A stretch of 47,322 bases of DNA, taken from assembly GCA_947587115.1 (NCBI GenBank), contig CANPXY010000001.1, positions 1 through 47,322 on the forward strand, in the 5' to 3' direction. The position numbers were made by a program, and so were the translations under genes. The stretch comes from an uncultured Bacilli bacterium. GTDB lineage: Bacteria; Bacillota_I; Bacilli_A; RF39; UBA660. The notes under the pieces are model-generated. The model saw only the letters and a program-made list of their open reading frames with translations. It was not told the DNA's origin and ran no database searches. Below are positions 27,312 to 38,413 of this stretch, one piece after another; position 1 is the first letter of the stretch, and each line of letters begins with the position of its first letter.

Positions 27312-28383
27312 CTTCTTTTTTTTGCAATATCAACGCTCGATTCTCTTTTAAACGCTCATCCTTTGGATTGATCGCAATGGCCATATCGACATATTTTAAA
27401 CTTTCATCGATCTTTCCCTGATAAAAACAACTAAGCGACAAAAGATCATAAATCGTCTCATTCCAACTGAAAGGCTCATTGATGTAAGTTTTCGCATGAT
27501 TCTTAATTTCAAGTGCCTTAAGACAATATTCTTCGACACTCGCCCAATCTTCAAGATGATAATCTAAGAGAGCTCTTTCGACATAAGGATCTCTTAAATA
27601 AGGTGCTTCCTTGATGGCTTTATCAAGCCACATTTTCGCTTCATCATAACGTTTTAACTCTTTGTAACAGCGGGCAATAAAACGCATTGATGCACATCGT
27701 TCATCTTTCCAGGTGGCTCTTGGAAGATGTAAATGACCAATCAAAGTATCGATCGCTTCATTCCACTTGCCATAAAACATGTACTCTCTTCCCAAATAAT
27801 GCCTAGAACGATCATCGTCCGGATCTTCTTTGACCGATAACTCTAAAAGCGGCAAATAACTTCCCCTCGATTTCGTGGAATCTGGATAATGATTGACGGT
27901 AATGCGATCGGTCGTAACGATGACCTCTTCCCCTCGATCATAACTTAATATTTCATGAACTGGATGCGTCCAACGATATCCAGAAAGTGCATGAATCTTC
28001 TCAATATAGAAATTGACCGCCGGATTCCCCAAGTCATCAAAACTCCAATTATAGTTATATCTTAGCCGCGTTGTATGTTCTTGCCAAACTTCTTCTAAAG
28101 TTTTTCTCCATCCCGGAAGAAAGACTTCATCCAAATCAGTACAAACACAAATATCGGTATCAGAAGGAAGCAACTTTAATGATTCGTTGCGTGCGACGTC
28201 AAAGCGCCATGGCCGAATAATCTTCTTCTGGACATGAACCCCTAACGCTTTTAATTTTTGAACACTTCCATCTGTCGACCCGGTATCTAAAACATAAATT
28301 GCATCTGCCTCTTGCATCGACTGTACCCAACGCTCAACAAATTGTTCTTCATTTTTACAGATGGCATATACACAAACTTTCAT
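27298..28383 (-). CDS. Family-2 glycosyltransferase fused to TPR repeats
   Basis: N-terminal GT-A pattern VYAICKNEEQFVERW...VLDTGSTDGS...CTDLDE (DxD). The C-terminal half has TPR-like W/Y-A-I/L periodicity. Confidence 0.75.
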   Translation of the reverse strand: MKVCVYAICKNEEQFVERWVQSMQEADAIYVLDTGSTDGSVQKLKALGVHVQKKIIRPWRFDVARNESLKLLPSDTDICVCTDLDEVFLPGWRKTLEEVWQEHTTRLRYNYNWSFDDLGNPAVNFYIEKIHALSGYRWTHPVHEILSYDRGEEVIVTTDRITVNHYPDSTKSRGSYLPLLELSVKEDPDDDRSRHYLGREYMFYGKWNEAIDTLIGHLHLPRATWKDERCASMRFIARCYKELKRYDEAKMWLDKAIKEAPYLRDPYVERALLDYHLEDWASVEEYCLKALEIKNHAKTYINEPFSWNETIYDLLSLSCFYQGKIDESLKYVDMAIAINPKDERLKENRALILQKKEVSDH

Positions 28384-28448
28384 AATTCCTCTCTTTCAAT
28401 ACTAGAATATGTAATGCCAAAGAAAAAAAGACACCAATGTCCTTTGCT

Positions 28449-29003
28449 CTATGCCCTGGATCGCACTGTACTAAATTGTTTTGTTTTCGACCCGATCGAT
28501 AAGACATACTTCTCAGATCCTACCACATGTTCCTGTAAAATAGAAGTCCTTTTAATGTCACCATTAGAATTGTAAGTAGGTACGATGATATATTTAGAAT
28601 TTAATAGATACGGTAAATTCTTCTCATTTAAATGTACTTTATATTCAGAGTGATATACTTCTGAATCTAACAATAATTTATAACTAGTATCTACATAAAG
28701 ATTTTTAAGACGTGGAACCAAATGCTCTAAACGATCTTTCGCAATTTTAGCATAAGGATCTCCTGCATGTTGATATAAAAGAGAGATGCTGAAGATTTCA
28801 AATCCTAATTCTACCGCCACTTGAAAAGGTAAAATAATTAAAGATTGTAAAACATCTTGACTGAGAGCTAATGTAATAGAAAACATCAAAGGGACACTGA
28901 GTGCTTTAAGATGCTTATTTTGACGCACTATTTTAAAAGGACCAAAAGGTTCTTTTGCATTTTGAATTTCTTGAATCAAATCATAGTCGATAACTAATTT
29001 CAT
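28449..29003 (-). CDS. Hypothetical protein (184 aa, central hydrophobic segments)
   Basis: ORF with an AAGGAG SD and a TTGACA-18-TATAAT promoter upstream (minus strand, about 29020..29050). No recognisable motif. Confidence 0.55.
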   Translation of the reverse strand: MKLVIDYDLIQEIQNAKEPFGPFKIVRQNKHLKALSVPLMFSITLALSQDVLQSLIILPFQVAVELGFEIFSISLLYQHAGDPYAKIAKDRLEHLVPRLKNLYVDTSYKLLLDSEVYHSEYKVHLNEKNLPYLLNSKYIIVPTYNSNGDIKRTSILQEHVVGSEKYVLSIGSKTKQFSTVRSRA

Positions 29004-29161
29004 AAAACATCTCCTTGATAATTTATTATAACAAGTCCTGAAAACTTATGTCAAACAAAGGCATCATTTTCTTTTTTTTCTGTTGCATTTGTTATAGGTG
29101 TTTTTTCCCTTCTAACATAAATTAAATTGAAGACCATTGTCAAAAGAAAGAAGGGAAATGG

Positions 29162-29518
29162 ATGGAAAATATTTCTTTAGGACAAATCGCTGGCATCATC
29201 ACCTTTATCAGTGTCTTAATCGGTGGAATCACGGGCTTGATTGCTTATTCACGATCCTTCATTGCCAAAATACTAAAACCGCTCGATCAAAAAATCGATC
29301 GTCTCGAAGAAAGGTCGATGACCAGTCGTAACAACATTGAATTAGAACTTGTCAAAATGTTCTTGGTCAACTTTGTCAACGATATCGAACAAGGTACTTA
29401 TAAATCTCCCATACAAAAGAAAAACGCTTATGAGCTCTACGATCGTTATCTTTCTTTAGGAGGCAACTCTTATGTTCATGATCGTTGGGAAAAATTGATC
29501 CAAGATGGAAAGATCTAA
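29162..29518 (+). CDS. Hypothetical membrane-anchored protein (118 aa; N-terminal TM plus coiled coil)
   Basis: GAAGGGAAA SD. The N-terminus GQIAGIITFISVLIGGITGLIAY is followed by KIDRLEE. It has a loosely holin/XhlA-like layout, which I cannot verify. Confidence 0.5.
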   Translation: MENISLGQIAGIITFISVLIGGITGLIAYSRSFIAKILKPLDQKIDRLEERSMTSRNNIELELVKMFLVNFVNDIEQGTYKSPIQKKNAYELYDRYLSLGGNSYVHDRWEKLIQDGKI

Positions 29519-29525
29519 TGATCAA

Positions 29526-29563
29526 AAGAAAACTACTTTTGTTTTTGAAAGTAGTTTTTTTTT
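29526..29563. terminator. Bidirectional hairpin terminator between convergent genes
   Basis: aaactacttt-tgtttttg-aaagtagttt, flanked by an A run and a T9-10 run. Confidence 0.75.
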
Positions 29564-29573
29564 GTCAAAATAT

Positions 29574-30539
29574 TTATTTTAAACGCTGAATAATGATCGT
29601 GACAACTGAATTTGTAAAAGATGAGAGATTATCATCTATTTTAGGACTGTCCAAATACATGGGATAGTTTCCTAGATTGACGAGTTCAAAGACGTCATTT
29701 TCTAATACAGTCGACACAATTCCTTGTCCTGTGAACTGAACGGGAATTTGATGATTATTCCAAACGGTCGCTCCGGCATAGACAGGATCTTCGCCAACCT
29801 TTTTAAAACCTACGACAATGATATCGCGGTCTTTTACGACAACGGTATCGTTGATAGCACTTGCTTGCACTGTAAATTGAATGCGATAAATTCCTGGATG
29901 AACAAAAGTAATCGTATGGTCATTCTCGTTAAAAATAAAGTTATTTTCCCAATCCGAAATTTTGATATCGAGCGGAATACGCGCTTTGGGCTGAACTTTG
30001 ATGCCAGTTGCGCCATCGGAATCGTCATAGAATGTGACAAAGAAAGCAGCTGGAATTTCGAGTGGTCCTGGCGGTCCCTCTGGACCCGGTTCCCCTGTCT
30101 CACCTTTTTCACCACGCCAACCTGTAGGTCCAGGAGCTCCTTCTGGTCCTGGTGGCCCTGGATTTCCTTGCTCCCCTTTTGGGCCACGAATATTTCCTAC
30201 ATCTATCCATTCATTTTTGCTTTCAGACCAAACATATAAATGCTCTCCTACGAGATAAGAAGCGCCTTTTGTCTCCTCTGGATGATCTTGTTTTAAACTT
30301 TCCAAAGAATCATAAGACCCCAAGATCGTAACACCTGTTCCATCTTGTCCCCTTGGAATGACAAAGTCCAAAGTATGTAAAGATCCCTCGTGATGATCGA
30401 TGACCTGGGCTTCACTTCCCGCATCTCCCGTTTGAATTTTTCCCAAAGCGATCGTCTCTGTAGTACCAGGAGCCCCTTGTGGACCCGTCGGTCCTTGGGG
30501 AATCGTCAAATTCAGTAAAAATTGAGGCCGGTCTTTCAA
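29574..30539 (-). CDS. Collagen-like (Gly-X-Y) protein with a C-terminal BclA/C1q-like globular domain
   Basis: TTG start with an AAGGGGGA SD. Contains [10 protein letters not shown], then 14 uninterrupted triplets [41 protein letters not shown], then a beta-rich tail of about 150 aa (FVTFYDD...[10 protein letters not shown]...VFELVNLG...VVTIIIQRL). Confidence 0.85.
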   Translation of the reverse strand: MKDRPQFLLNLTIPQGPTGPQGAPGTTETIALGKIQTGDAGSEAQVIDHHEGSLHTLDFVIPRGQDGTGVTILGSYDSLESLKQDHPEETKGASYLVGEHLYVWSESKNEWIDVGNIRGPKGEQGNPGPPGPEGAPGPTGWRGEKGETGEPGPEGPPGPLEIPAAFFVTFYDDSDGATGIKVQPKARIPLDIKISDWENNFIFNENDHTITFVHPGIYRIQFTVQASAINDTVVVKDRDIIVVGFKKVGEDPVYAGATVWNNHQIPVQFTGQGIVSTVLENDVFELVNLGNYPMYLDSPKIDDNLSSFTNSVVTIIIQRLK

Positions 30540-30637
30540 TGTATTTCCCCCTTTCTTTCTTATACTCTACTGTACTATATGCAAAAAGAAAAAGAAGCGC
30601 TAGTAAAAATAACCTCCATAAAAATAGTTCTGATCAT

Positions 30638-31351
30638 CTAGACATCGGGCCTACCTAAATATTCAATGACGATGGTCACAAGAGAATTCGTAAAATAAGA
30701 AGTGCTTGCTGTATTTTCCAATATAGGCGAATTCAAATAGATGCTTTTTTTCGCCAAATTGACAAGTTCATAGGTATTAGTAGTATTTTCGATCGCAATC
30801 ACTCCTTGCGCAACGACCTGTTTTGCAACTCCAGTCTCGATAAATTGACTCGCACCAATATAGACATTATCTGTTCCCGTTCTACGAAAACCTATCGCAA
30901 TAAAATCCTGGGTAGGATCAAAAGGCTGTGATGGCGTCTTTATATAAGCATTGGCTGTAATCGTTATTTTATAATAACCAACTTTGTTAAACTTGACCGT
31001 ATTTTGATCTTCATCGACTTCACATAAATCATCAATATCTAACTCTACTCGTCGAATAGGAATACGGCCCAACGACAAAATCTCCAAGCCCCCTTCTGGA
31101 TAGTCAATTTGGTGGTATGTCACAAGATATGCCGTGCTAATTTTAAGTGGTCCTGGAACTCCCTGTGGGCCCCGTGGTAAAACAAAATTTAAAGTGTGTT
31201 GACTCTCTACTTGATCATCTGTTACCTTAGCTAGTTCGGGATCATCCGTAACACTTGTTGCACCTACTTGAATTGTATCCGCCCTGCCAGCTGGCCCGGT
31301 TGGTCCTTGGGGAATTGTCAAGTTTAAAAGATATCTGGTTGCATCTTGCAT
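30638..31351 (-). CDS. Short collagen-motif protein with a BclA/C1q-like globular domain (paralog of 29574..30539)
   Basis: The ATG at 31351 ([22 protein letters not shown]) follows GGGAGGA. Only short GXY runs are present. The C-terminal domain is collinear with the previous gene (YYKITITANA...TYELVNLA...LVTIVIEYL). Confidence 0.8.
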   Translation of the reverse strand: MQDATRYLLNLTIPQGPTGPAGRADTIQVGATSVTDDPELAKVTDDQVESQHTLNFVLPRGPQGVPGPLKISTAYLVTYHQIDYPEGGLEILSLGRIPIRRVELDIDDLCEVDEDQNTVKFNKVGYYKITITANAYIKTPSQPFDPTQDFIAIGFRRTGTDNVYIGASQFIETGVAKQVVAQGVIAIENTTNTYELVNLAKKSIYLNSPILENTASTSYFTNSLVTIVIEYLGRPDV

Positions 31352-31435
31352 AGGTAATTCCTCCCTTCTATCATAATATATGTAAAAATAAAGAAAGCTC
31401 TTCCACTCTAGCATAGAAACTGTAGACTTTATCTA

Positions 31436-31470
31436 AAAACAAACAAAAACTGAGAACTGAATCTCAGTTT
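31436..31470 (-). terminator. Rho-independent terminator after the first collagen-like gene
   Basis: Minus strand: aaactgaga-ttcagt-tctcagttt followed by tttgtttgttttt. Confidence 0.7.
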
Positions 31471-31481
31471 AATAGGAACTA

Positions 31482-32207
<726 letters not shown>

Positions 32208-32316
32208 CTAACATAATATATGACGAAAGAAAAAAGATACTTACACACTTTACACAAAAAAAGAAAATTATGTGACACAAACAAGACGTTTTTTCTACTT
32301 CTATAGTCTTCTACCA

Positions 32317-32346
32317 CAAAAAAACCAACAGAAAGGTTGGTTTTTG
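32317..32346. terminator. Hairpin terminator ending the ileS-thyX-like-tmk-like transcription unit
   Basis: A run, aaccaac-agaaa-ggttgg(tt), T run. On the minus strand it is followed by T7. Confidence 0.65.
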
Positions 32347-32416
32347 TATGAACTATTTTTATCATTTATCAAAGTAAGTGGAACACTCATCTGAAAAAAA
32401 TGAGTGAAAGATAAAC

Positions 32417-33085
32417 TTAGGCTTTCTTTACCAACTGATAAATTTCATCATGAATGTTCGCGATACTTTTCATGTGATGCGCTTGATCACATTGGACTTG
32501 ATCCCAGTTTAAATAATCAGCAATAAACATGGCATTGTCATAGACACGTCTCATAAAGTCCAAATCCTTTTCATGAATATCGTTACTGACACCCGCATTT
32601 TCACGTCTCGCTTTTCTGATATTCGTAATCAAATCAAAAGAAGCAGTAAGAAAAATCACTTTATCAGGTTGAGGAAGTTCTAACTTGTCATATTCAAAGT
32701 CCACAATATAATCGATAAAAGCCTTGCGACGTGACAAATCTTCAATCAACGCCGACTGATAGATCAAACTAGAAGTCGTATAACGATCAAATAAAATCGT
32801 CTGTCCTTCCAAAAAAGATTGTTTAAGTTCCGTATGCCAAGTGATCGCACGATCGGTGGCATAGAGTGTATTGATGAAATAAGGAGATAGATCTTTAATC
32901 TTTCCATAGGCACCTTGTAAATACATCTCTACTGCTTTTCCTTGATAAGTATCATAAGACGGAAAATGATGCGTGACAACCCTTTTCCCTTCAACCATTA
33001 GATGATCTTTTAATAAGGTAAACTGCGTTGTCTTCCCGATTCCATCGCAGGCACCTTCAACAACAAATACCTTTCCCTTCGCCAT
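32417..33085 (-). CDS. tmk: Thymidylate kinase family protein
   Basis: P-loop VVEGACDGIGKTTQ, the DRY motif region FDRYTTSSLIYQ, and a lid region RKARRENAGVSNDIHEKD. Confidence 0.65.
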   Translation of the reverse strand: MAKGKVFVVEGACDGIGKTTQFTLLKDHLMVEGKRVVTHHFPSYDTYQGKAVEMYLQGAYGKIKDLSPYFINTLYATDRAITWHTELKQSFLEGQTILFDRYTTSSLIYQSALIEDLSRRKAFIDYIVDFEYDKLELPQPDKVIFLTASFDLITNIRKARRENAGVSNDIHEKDLDFMRRVYDNAMFIADYLNWDQVQCDQAHHMKSIANIHDEIYQLVKKA

Positions 33086-33086
33086 T

Positions 33087-34280
33087 TTAAATCATCCTCG
33101 TGAGCGTCTTGCCCTCTTTAAAATGGCAATCTGCATTACATGTATAATCTGGGAACGTACATCTTGCGCCATGTGGATGCTGACTCTCTTGCAATGCTTT
33201 TTGATATTCGAGAAGAGTCGCCCGAGTTTGAAGCATCGTCTCAAGTTGAACACCGCTACATAGGCGTTCTTTACATTTTAAGATAAAGCTTTCATAAGTT
33301 CCTCGTTCATTAATTCTTACAAGTTCCCCTTGAGGAATGACATCTTTGACGAGTGCACAATCCCCGAGCCATTCATCAACCAATGCTAGATCATCACTGA
33401 TAATGGGCGGAACAAAATATTGTTTTTCTTCCAAACGTTCTAGTTGATTGCTGTTTGGTCGATATCGTTGCACTTGAGCAAATTGAGCAAACGATCCAAG
33501 ATAGGTCGTGGAATAGACATCTCCAAAATAGGTTTTCCGTTGTTGCAAATCTTTTCCAAAGAGTGAAAAACTACGTTCCTTTTCATTCTGCATGAGTCCA
33601 TCCACTAAAATATTCTTTTCGTCCAAAGCTTCATAGAACTCCTCCATGCTGTAAGCAAGCGCCGACTCTAAGTCGCTAAGACTTTCCATAGGAGCAACCC
33701 AATGGGCATTGATCACATATTTTTCCATCCAAGAAGCTAGATAGTTAATTTGACGTAGCGAAGTCGTATAAATCATCTGGGTAGGCATCAATACTGTAAC
33801 CAAATATCGAGCGTTTTCTTGCGCTAAACGACGAATTCGAACCTCACTCAAAATCCCACCATAACGTTCAGTAATTTTCATTTTAAATAATTCCAACCAT
33901 TTTTGATATAGACGTTCTTCCCGTTCACTGATAACAGAATCATCTTCACGAACGATCGGTGTAAAACGAGCAGATTTTTCACTCGTGTCATACTCTCGCT
34001 CATTATTTAATACCATGGCCAAGATTTTAGGAATATTTTGAATATTCAAATGTACTTTCACATGACCATAAACGCTATGATGCCCATTAGAAAGAGTACG
34101 ATCGATTCGTTTCATCGTCCGCTCTTCTGGCTCATTTTCTAGATGAGAAAAACCTTCTTCATCATAACAAACTCCGGCAATTTTACCACAGAGTTTCAAT
34201 GCCTCTTGTTGATCAAAGGTGCCATCTTCTTTACGAAAGTTGCTTGGTAACAAATCAATTTTGATTTTTTTACTTTCCAT
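33087..34280 (-). CDS. ThyX (Thy1) family protein, divergent long form
   Basis: Hand alignment to T. maritima ThyX: GHHSVYGHVKVHL against GHETPFEHIVFTF, and LNNEREYDTSEKSARF against WFRHRIASYNELSGRY (R78N, H79E; R80, S88 and R90 kept). There is an extra C-terminal region of about 170 aa. The ATG at 34280 follows AGAGGGAGAGGA. Confidence 0.6.
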   Translation of the reverse strand: MESKKIKIDLLPSNFRKEDGTFDQQEALKLCGKIAGVCYDEEGFSHLENEPEERTMKRIDRTLSNGHHSVYGHVKVHLNIQNIPKILAMVLNNEREYDTSEKSARFTPIVREDDSVISEREERLYQKWLELFKMKITERYGGILSEVRIRRLAQENARYLVTVLMPTQMIYTTSLRQINYLASWMEKYVINAHWVAPMESLSDLESALAYSMEEFYEALDEKNILVDGLMQNEKERSFSLFGKDLQQRKTYFGDVYSTTYLGSFAQFAQVQRYRPNSNQLERLEEKQYFVPPIISDDLALVDEWLGDCALVKDVIPQGELVRINERGTYESFILKCKERLCSGVQLETMLQTRATLLEYQKALQESQHPHGARCTFPDYTCNADCHFKEGKTLTRMI

Positions 34281-34316
34281 ATTTTCCTCTCCCTCTAAGA
34301 CCCGCACTTATTCTTT

Positions 34317-37300
34317 TTATTGTTCCATTCTTTCGATTTCTATTTTGACAAGTAGACCATTCATATCCACTTCTTCCGCTTCAAGTTCCCTTTGCTCGAT
34401 CACTTCCGCTAAAGTTTCGTTTTGAATGTAATCACGATATGCTTCGACAGTGGCAGCCATCTTTTCATCGCCAGAATAGTAAATCTTGATATGATCTGTA
34501 ATCACGAAGTCTGCTTCTTTACGCAAAGCCTGCACCTTACGAACGAACTCTCTAGCAATTCCTTCCATGATCAAATCATCCGTAAGTTCCGTATTTAAGA
34601 TTACAAAAGTTTGTTGATTGCTGCTAGAAGCGTAACCTTCTTTGACTTTGATCGTAACTTCGACCATATCTGCAGTAACTTCAAAGTCTTCTCCCTCTAA
34701 GGAAATGGTAAGAGCAGCATCTTTCAAAGTCTCAATTTCCTGATTGGATAATTTGGCAAGCGCCTCTTGAAAAGCCTTGATTTTTGGTCCTAAAATCTTT
34801 CCAACAACACGGAAGTTTGGCTTGATCACATAGTCCATATACTGGGTCATGTCTGAAATGAACAACACGTCTTTGACATTTAATTCTTCTTTGATGATCG
34901 ATACAAGTTCCCCGATGATGGCCTCTTCTTTTTGAGGTAAAATCACTTCCCGAATTGGTTGACGAACTTTAATTTGGACTTCTTCTCTAGCAAAGCGACC
35001 CAAACTACAGATATCTCGTACCAAATCCATACGTTCCTCGATCACCTCATCGATAAGTGCTGCATCATAGGTTGGGAATTGTTCCAAATGAACAGATTCT
35101 TTGTCTGTCAAATTACGATAGATTTCTTCCGCGATAAACGGCGTCACTGGCGCAATCAATTTAGTTAAAGTAAGAAGGGCTTCATAGGTAGTCAAATAGA
35201 CAGCTTTTTTATCTTCCGTAAGTTCACTTGCCCAGAATCTACGACGATTACTTCGAATATACCAGTTAGAAAAATCATCGTTTAAAAACTCAACTACCGG
35301 TTTGACCACACCAGTCAAATCATAGGCTTCATAACTCTCTGTCACCGTCTTGATGAGACGATTTAATTTAGAGAGTAACCATTGATCCGTAATATCACGC
35401 TGAGCGACTGGAATATCATATTCTCTTGGATCGATACCGTCAGCATTCGCATACATCTGGAAGAACGAATAAGCATTGCGGAAAGTACTGATGTATTTAG
35501 AATAAATTTCCTTAAGGCCTTCCACATCAAATTTAATTGGCGTCCATACTGGAGAGACATATGGTAAGTAGAATCGTACCGTATCGGCACCATACTCTTC
35601 CATGATCTTAAATGGATCGACGGCATTTCCACGACTCTTGTGCATTTTCTGACCCTTAGCATCGAGTAATAGATCATTGACTAAGACATTCTTATATGGA
35701 GCTTCCTTCATAAGGAAAGTCGAGATAACGATCAAGACATAGAACCATCCTCGCGTCTGATCGATTCCTTCTGCGATAAAGTCCGCTGGAAAATGTTTTT
35801 TAAATAATTCCTTATTTTCAAATGGATAATGATACTGAGCAAAAGGCATACTGCCAGAGTCAAACCACACATCGATTACATCTTTAATACGATGCATCGT
35901 CTTCCCACATTTTGGACACTTCAAATGCACATTATCGACATAAGGTTTATGTAAATCGATCGTCTCATCGATCTCTTCGATCGAACGATCGACAAGTTCC
36001 CTAACCGAACCAATCATCTCTTTGTGATCACATTCTTCACAAATCCAAAGCGGAATTGGACATCCCCAATAACGATTTCTTGAAATTCCCCAATCTTGAA
36101 GATTTTCAAGCCAGTTATTAAAACGTTTTTCTCCAACATAACTTGGATACCAATGCACTTTTTTATTTGCCTCAATAATTTGATCTTTAAAGTCCGTTAC
36201 CCGAATATACCAACTTGGTTTCGCAATATAAATTAACGGTGATTTACATCTCCAACAATGAGGATAATTATGTGTCATTTTGATCTTCTTAAATAACTTG
36301 TCCTGCTCTTTTAAATATTTCAAAATCTCAAGTTCAAGATCTGGATCCGTTACCAAACGACCTTTCCATGGGCCATCGCTATAACGTCCTTCTGAATCTA
36401 CTGGACATAATATTGGTAGATCATATCTCTTTCCAACCAAATTGTCATCCGCACCAAAAGCAGGAGCAATATGAACGATTCCTGTACCATCTTCCATCGT
36501 AACATACTCATCACACGTAATATAGAATCCTTTCTTATCGACACTTAAGAATGGAAGTAATTGTTCATATTCTTTGTACTCTAAATCTTTTCCCTGATAA
36601 GTCTCTAATACCTTGTAGTCATCCCCTAAAATCTTAGAAGCAAGAGCTTTCGCAATAATAAAGTGATACCCTTTGGATTCTACTTTGATATATTCTTCTT
36701 TTGGATGTACACATAGAGCGACATTGGCAAGCAACGTCCAAGGCGTCGTCGTCCATACCAACACATAGGTATCTTCATCTTTCAATTTAAATGGCACGAC
36801 AACCGAATTGACACTGACTTCTTTGTACCCCTCTGCCACTTCATGGGTCGCTAACGCCGTACCACATCTTGGACAGTATGGCAAAATACGATAATCACTA
36901 TAGACTAGTCCAGCATCAAAGAACTGTTTCAAAATCCACCATTCAGATTCGATATACTCATTTTTAAACGTAATATAAGCGTCATCCGTATCGATAAACT
37001 GTCCCATCTCTTTGGTAAGACGAACAAACTCGCTTTCGTTCATACGCACGTTTTTCTTACATTCTGCGTTGAACTTTTCAATTCCATAGTTTTCGATATC
37101 TTTTTTACCGTTAAACCCTAAAATCTTCTCAACATTAACTTCGGTTGGAAGTCCATGGGTATCCCAACCAATTTTCCGGTCAACTCGATACCCTTGCATC
37201 GTCTTATATTTACAAAAAGCATCTTTAAGCTCTTTGGCCAAAACATGATGAATTCCTGGCAATCCGTTGGCATAAGCAGGACCATCGTAGAAGACAAAAG

Positions 37301-37418
37301 GCCTACTTTCATCGCGTGTTTCAATAGAGCGTTTTAAGATATCGATCTCTTCCCAATAATTTAAAATATCTTTCTCTACCTCATTAATTTTTCCCTTTTT
37401 TAAAGCTTTAAATTCCAT
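34317..37418 (-). CDS. ileS: Isoleucyl-tRNA synthetase, type 2 (eukaryote-like long form)
   Basis: GLPGIHHVLAKELKD (HIGH region), GWDTHGLPTE, KMHKSRGN (KMSKS), about 1030 aa. The start is ATG 37418 (GAGGGA SD) or ATG 37430. Confidence 0.95.
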   Translation of the reverse strand: MEFKALKKGKINEVEKDILNYWEEIDILKRSIETRDESRPFVFYDGPAYANGLPGIHHVLAKELKDAFCKYKTMQGYRVDRKIGWDTHGLPTEVNVEKILGFNGKKDIENYGIEKFNAECKKNVRMNESEFVRLTKEMGQFIDTDDAYITFKNEYIESEWWILKQFFDAGLVYSDYRILPYCPRCGTALATHEVAEGYKEVSVNSVVVPFKLKDEDTYVLVWTTTPWTLLANVALCVHPKEEYIKVESKGYHFIIAKALASKILGDDYKVLETYQGKDLEYKEYEQLLPFLSVDKKGFYITCDEYVTMEDGTGIVHIAPAFGADDNLVGKRYDLPILCPVDSEGRYSDGPWKGRLVTDPDLELEILKYLKEQDKLFKKIKMTHNYPHCWRCKSPLIYIAKPSWYIRVTDFKDQIIEANKKVHWYPSYVGEKRFNNWLENLQDWGISRNRYWGCPIPLWICEECDHKEMIGSVRELVDRSIEEIDETIDLHKPYVDNVHLKCPKCGKTMHRIKDVIDVWFDSGSMPFAQYHYPFENKELFKKHFPADFIAEGIDQTRGWFYVLIVISTFLMKEAPYKNVLVNDLLLDAKGQKMHKSRGNAVDPFKIMEEYGADTVRFYLPYVSPVWTPIKFDVEGLKEIYSKYISTFRNAYSFFQMYANADGIDPREYDIPVAQRDITDQWLLSKLNRLIKTVTESYEAYDLTGVVKPVVEFLNDDFSNWYIRSNRRRFWASELTEDKKAVYLTTYEALLTLTKLIAPVTPFIAEEIYRNLTDKESVHLEQFPTYDAALIDEVIEERMDLVRDICSLGRFAREEVQIKVRQPIREVILPQKEEAIIGELVSIIKEELNVKDVLFISDMTQYMDYVIKPNFRVVGKILGPKIKAFQEALAKLSNQEIETLKDAALTISLEGEDFEVTADMVEVTIKVKEGYASSSNQQTFVILNTELTDDLIMEGIAREFVRKVQALRKEADFVITDHIKIYYSGDEKMAATVEAYRDYIQNETLAEVIEQRELEAEEVDMNGLLVKIEIERMEQ

Positions 37419-37435
37419 AATATCCCTCATTTCTA

Positions 37436-38395
37436 TTAACCAAAGATGACATAGCTATAGTAAGCAACAAACAATAGAAGAAATAAAATGCCTTCTTTTC
37501 TTGTAATCTTTCGATCATTGATCGAGAATATAAACATTAAAAATGCCGATAGTAACATGACAAGAACATCGATCCAACCAAACGACATGTGCGCAATGCC
37601 CCCAAACAACGCTACCGGAATACCGATGACGATACCAATATTGAAAATATTGCTTCCTACAACATTTCCAATCGCAATATCATATTCACCTTTCCTCGTG
37701 GCAATGACAGAAGTTACCAATTCTGGTAGTGACGTACCTAGAGCAACGATTGTAAGACCAATCATACGCTCGCTGACTCCAAAAAGTGCTGCCAAATTGG
37801 ATGCTGCATCAACGACAAAGTTACTTCCAAAAACGATGGCTGCAATACCTAAAACAGTAAACAAAATCGCTTTTGGTAACGACATTGGTGGCGTATCATC
37901 TTCCTCTTCATCTTCATCCTTTTTATTTCGTATCATGGAAATGATATAGTAAATAAATACGGAGAAAGTCAAGAAAATGACAATTCCATCACTTCTCGTA
38001 AATTGATTGAGCGCCTTTCCATCAAACAACTGATCCGATAACAATACCGAAAACATCAAAGTCATCAACAACGTAATTGGTAGCTCTCTTTTTACTGTAG
38101 CATTCTTAACGCTCAAAGAATGTACCAACGCAGCACATCCCAAGATGAGCAAAATGTTCAAAATGTTACTACCAATGACATTTCCAAGTACCAAATCACC
38201 ACTTCCAGAAAGTAGCGACTTGACGCTGACCGCAAACTCAGGAGCACTAGTTCCAAAAGCTACAATCGTAAGACCAATCAACATCTTGGACAAATGAAAG
38301 TTACGCGCAACATCGCTAGAACCATCGACAAAAATATCTGCTCCTTTGATCAAAATAATGAATCCCCCGATTAATATCAACGTATTAATAAGCAT
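37436..38395 (-). CDS. CaCA-family cation/Ca2+ antiporter (YrbG-like)
   Basis: Two alpha-repeats, GNVIGSNILNILLILG and GNVVGSNIFNIGIVIG, with about 10 TM helices and an acidic central loop. The ATG at 38395 follows AAGGAG. The track's TTG at 38434 lies inside the leader terminator. Confidence 0.85.
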   Translation of the reverse strand: MLINTLILIGGFIILIKGADIFVDGSSDVARNFHLSKMLIGLTIVAFGTSAPEFAVSVKSLLSGSGDLVLGNVIGSNILNILLILGCAALVHSLSVKNATVKRELPITLLMTLMFSVLLSDQLFDGKALNQFTRSDGIVIFLTFSVFIYYIISMIRNKKDEDEEEDDTPPMSLPKAILFTVLGIAAIVFGSNFVVDAASNLAALFGVSERMIGLTIVALGTSLPELVTSVIATRKGEYDIAIGNVVGSNIFNIGIVIGIPVALFGGIAHMSFGWIDVLVMLLSAFLMFIFSINDRKITRKEGILFLLLFVAYYSYVIFG

Positions 38396-38413
38396 TTCTA
38401 CCAACTCCTTTTC

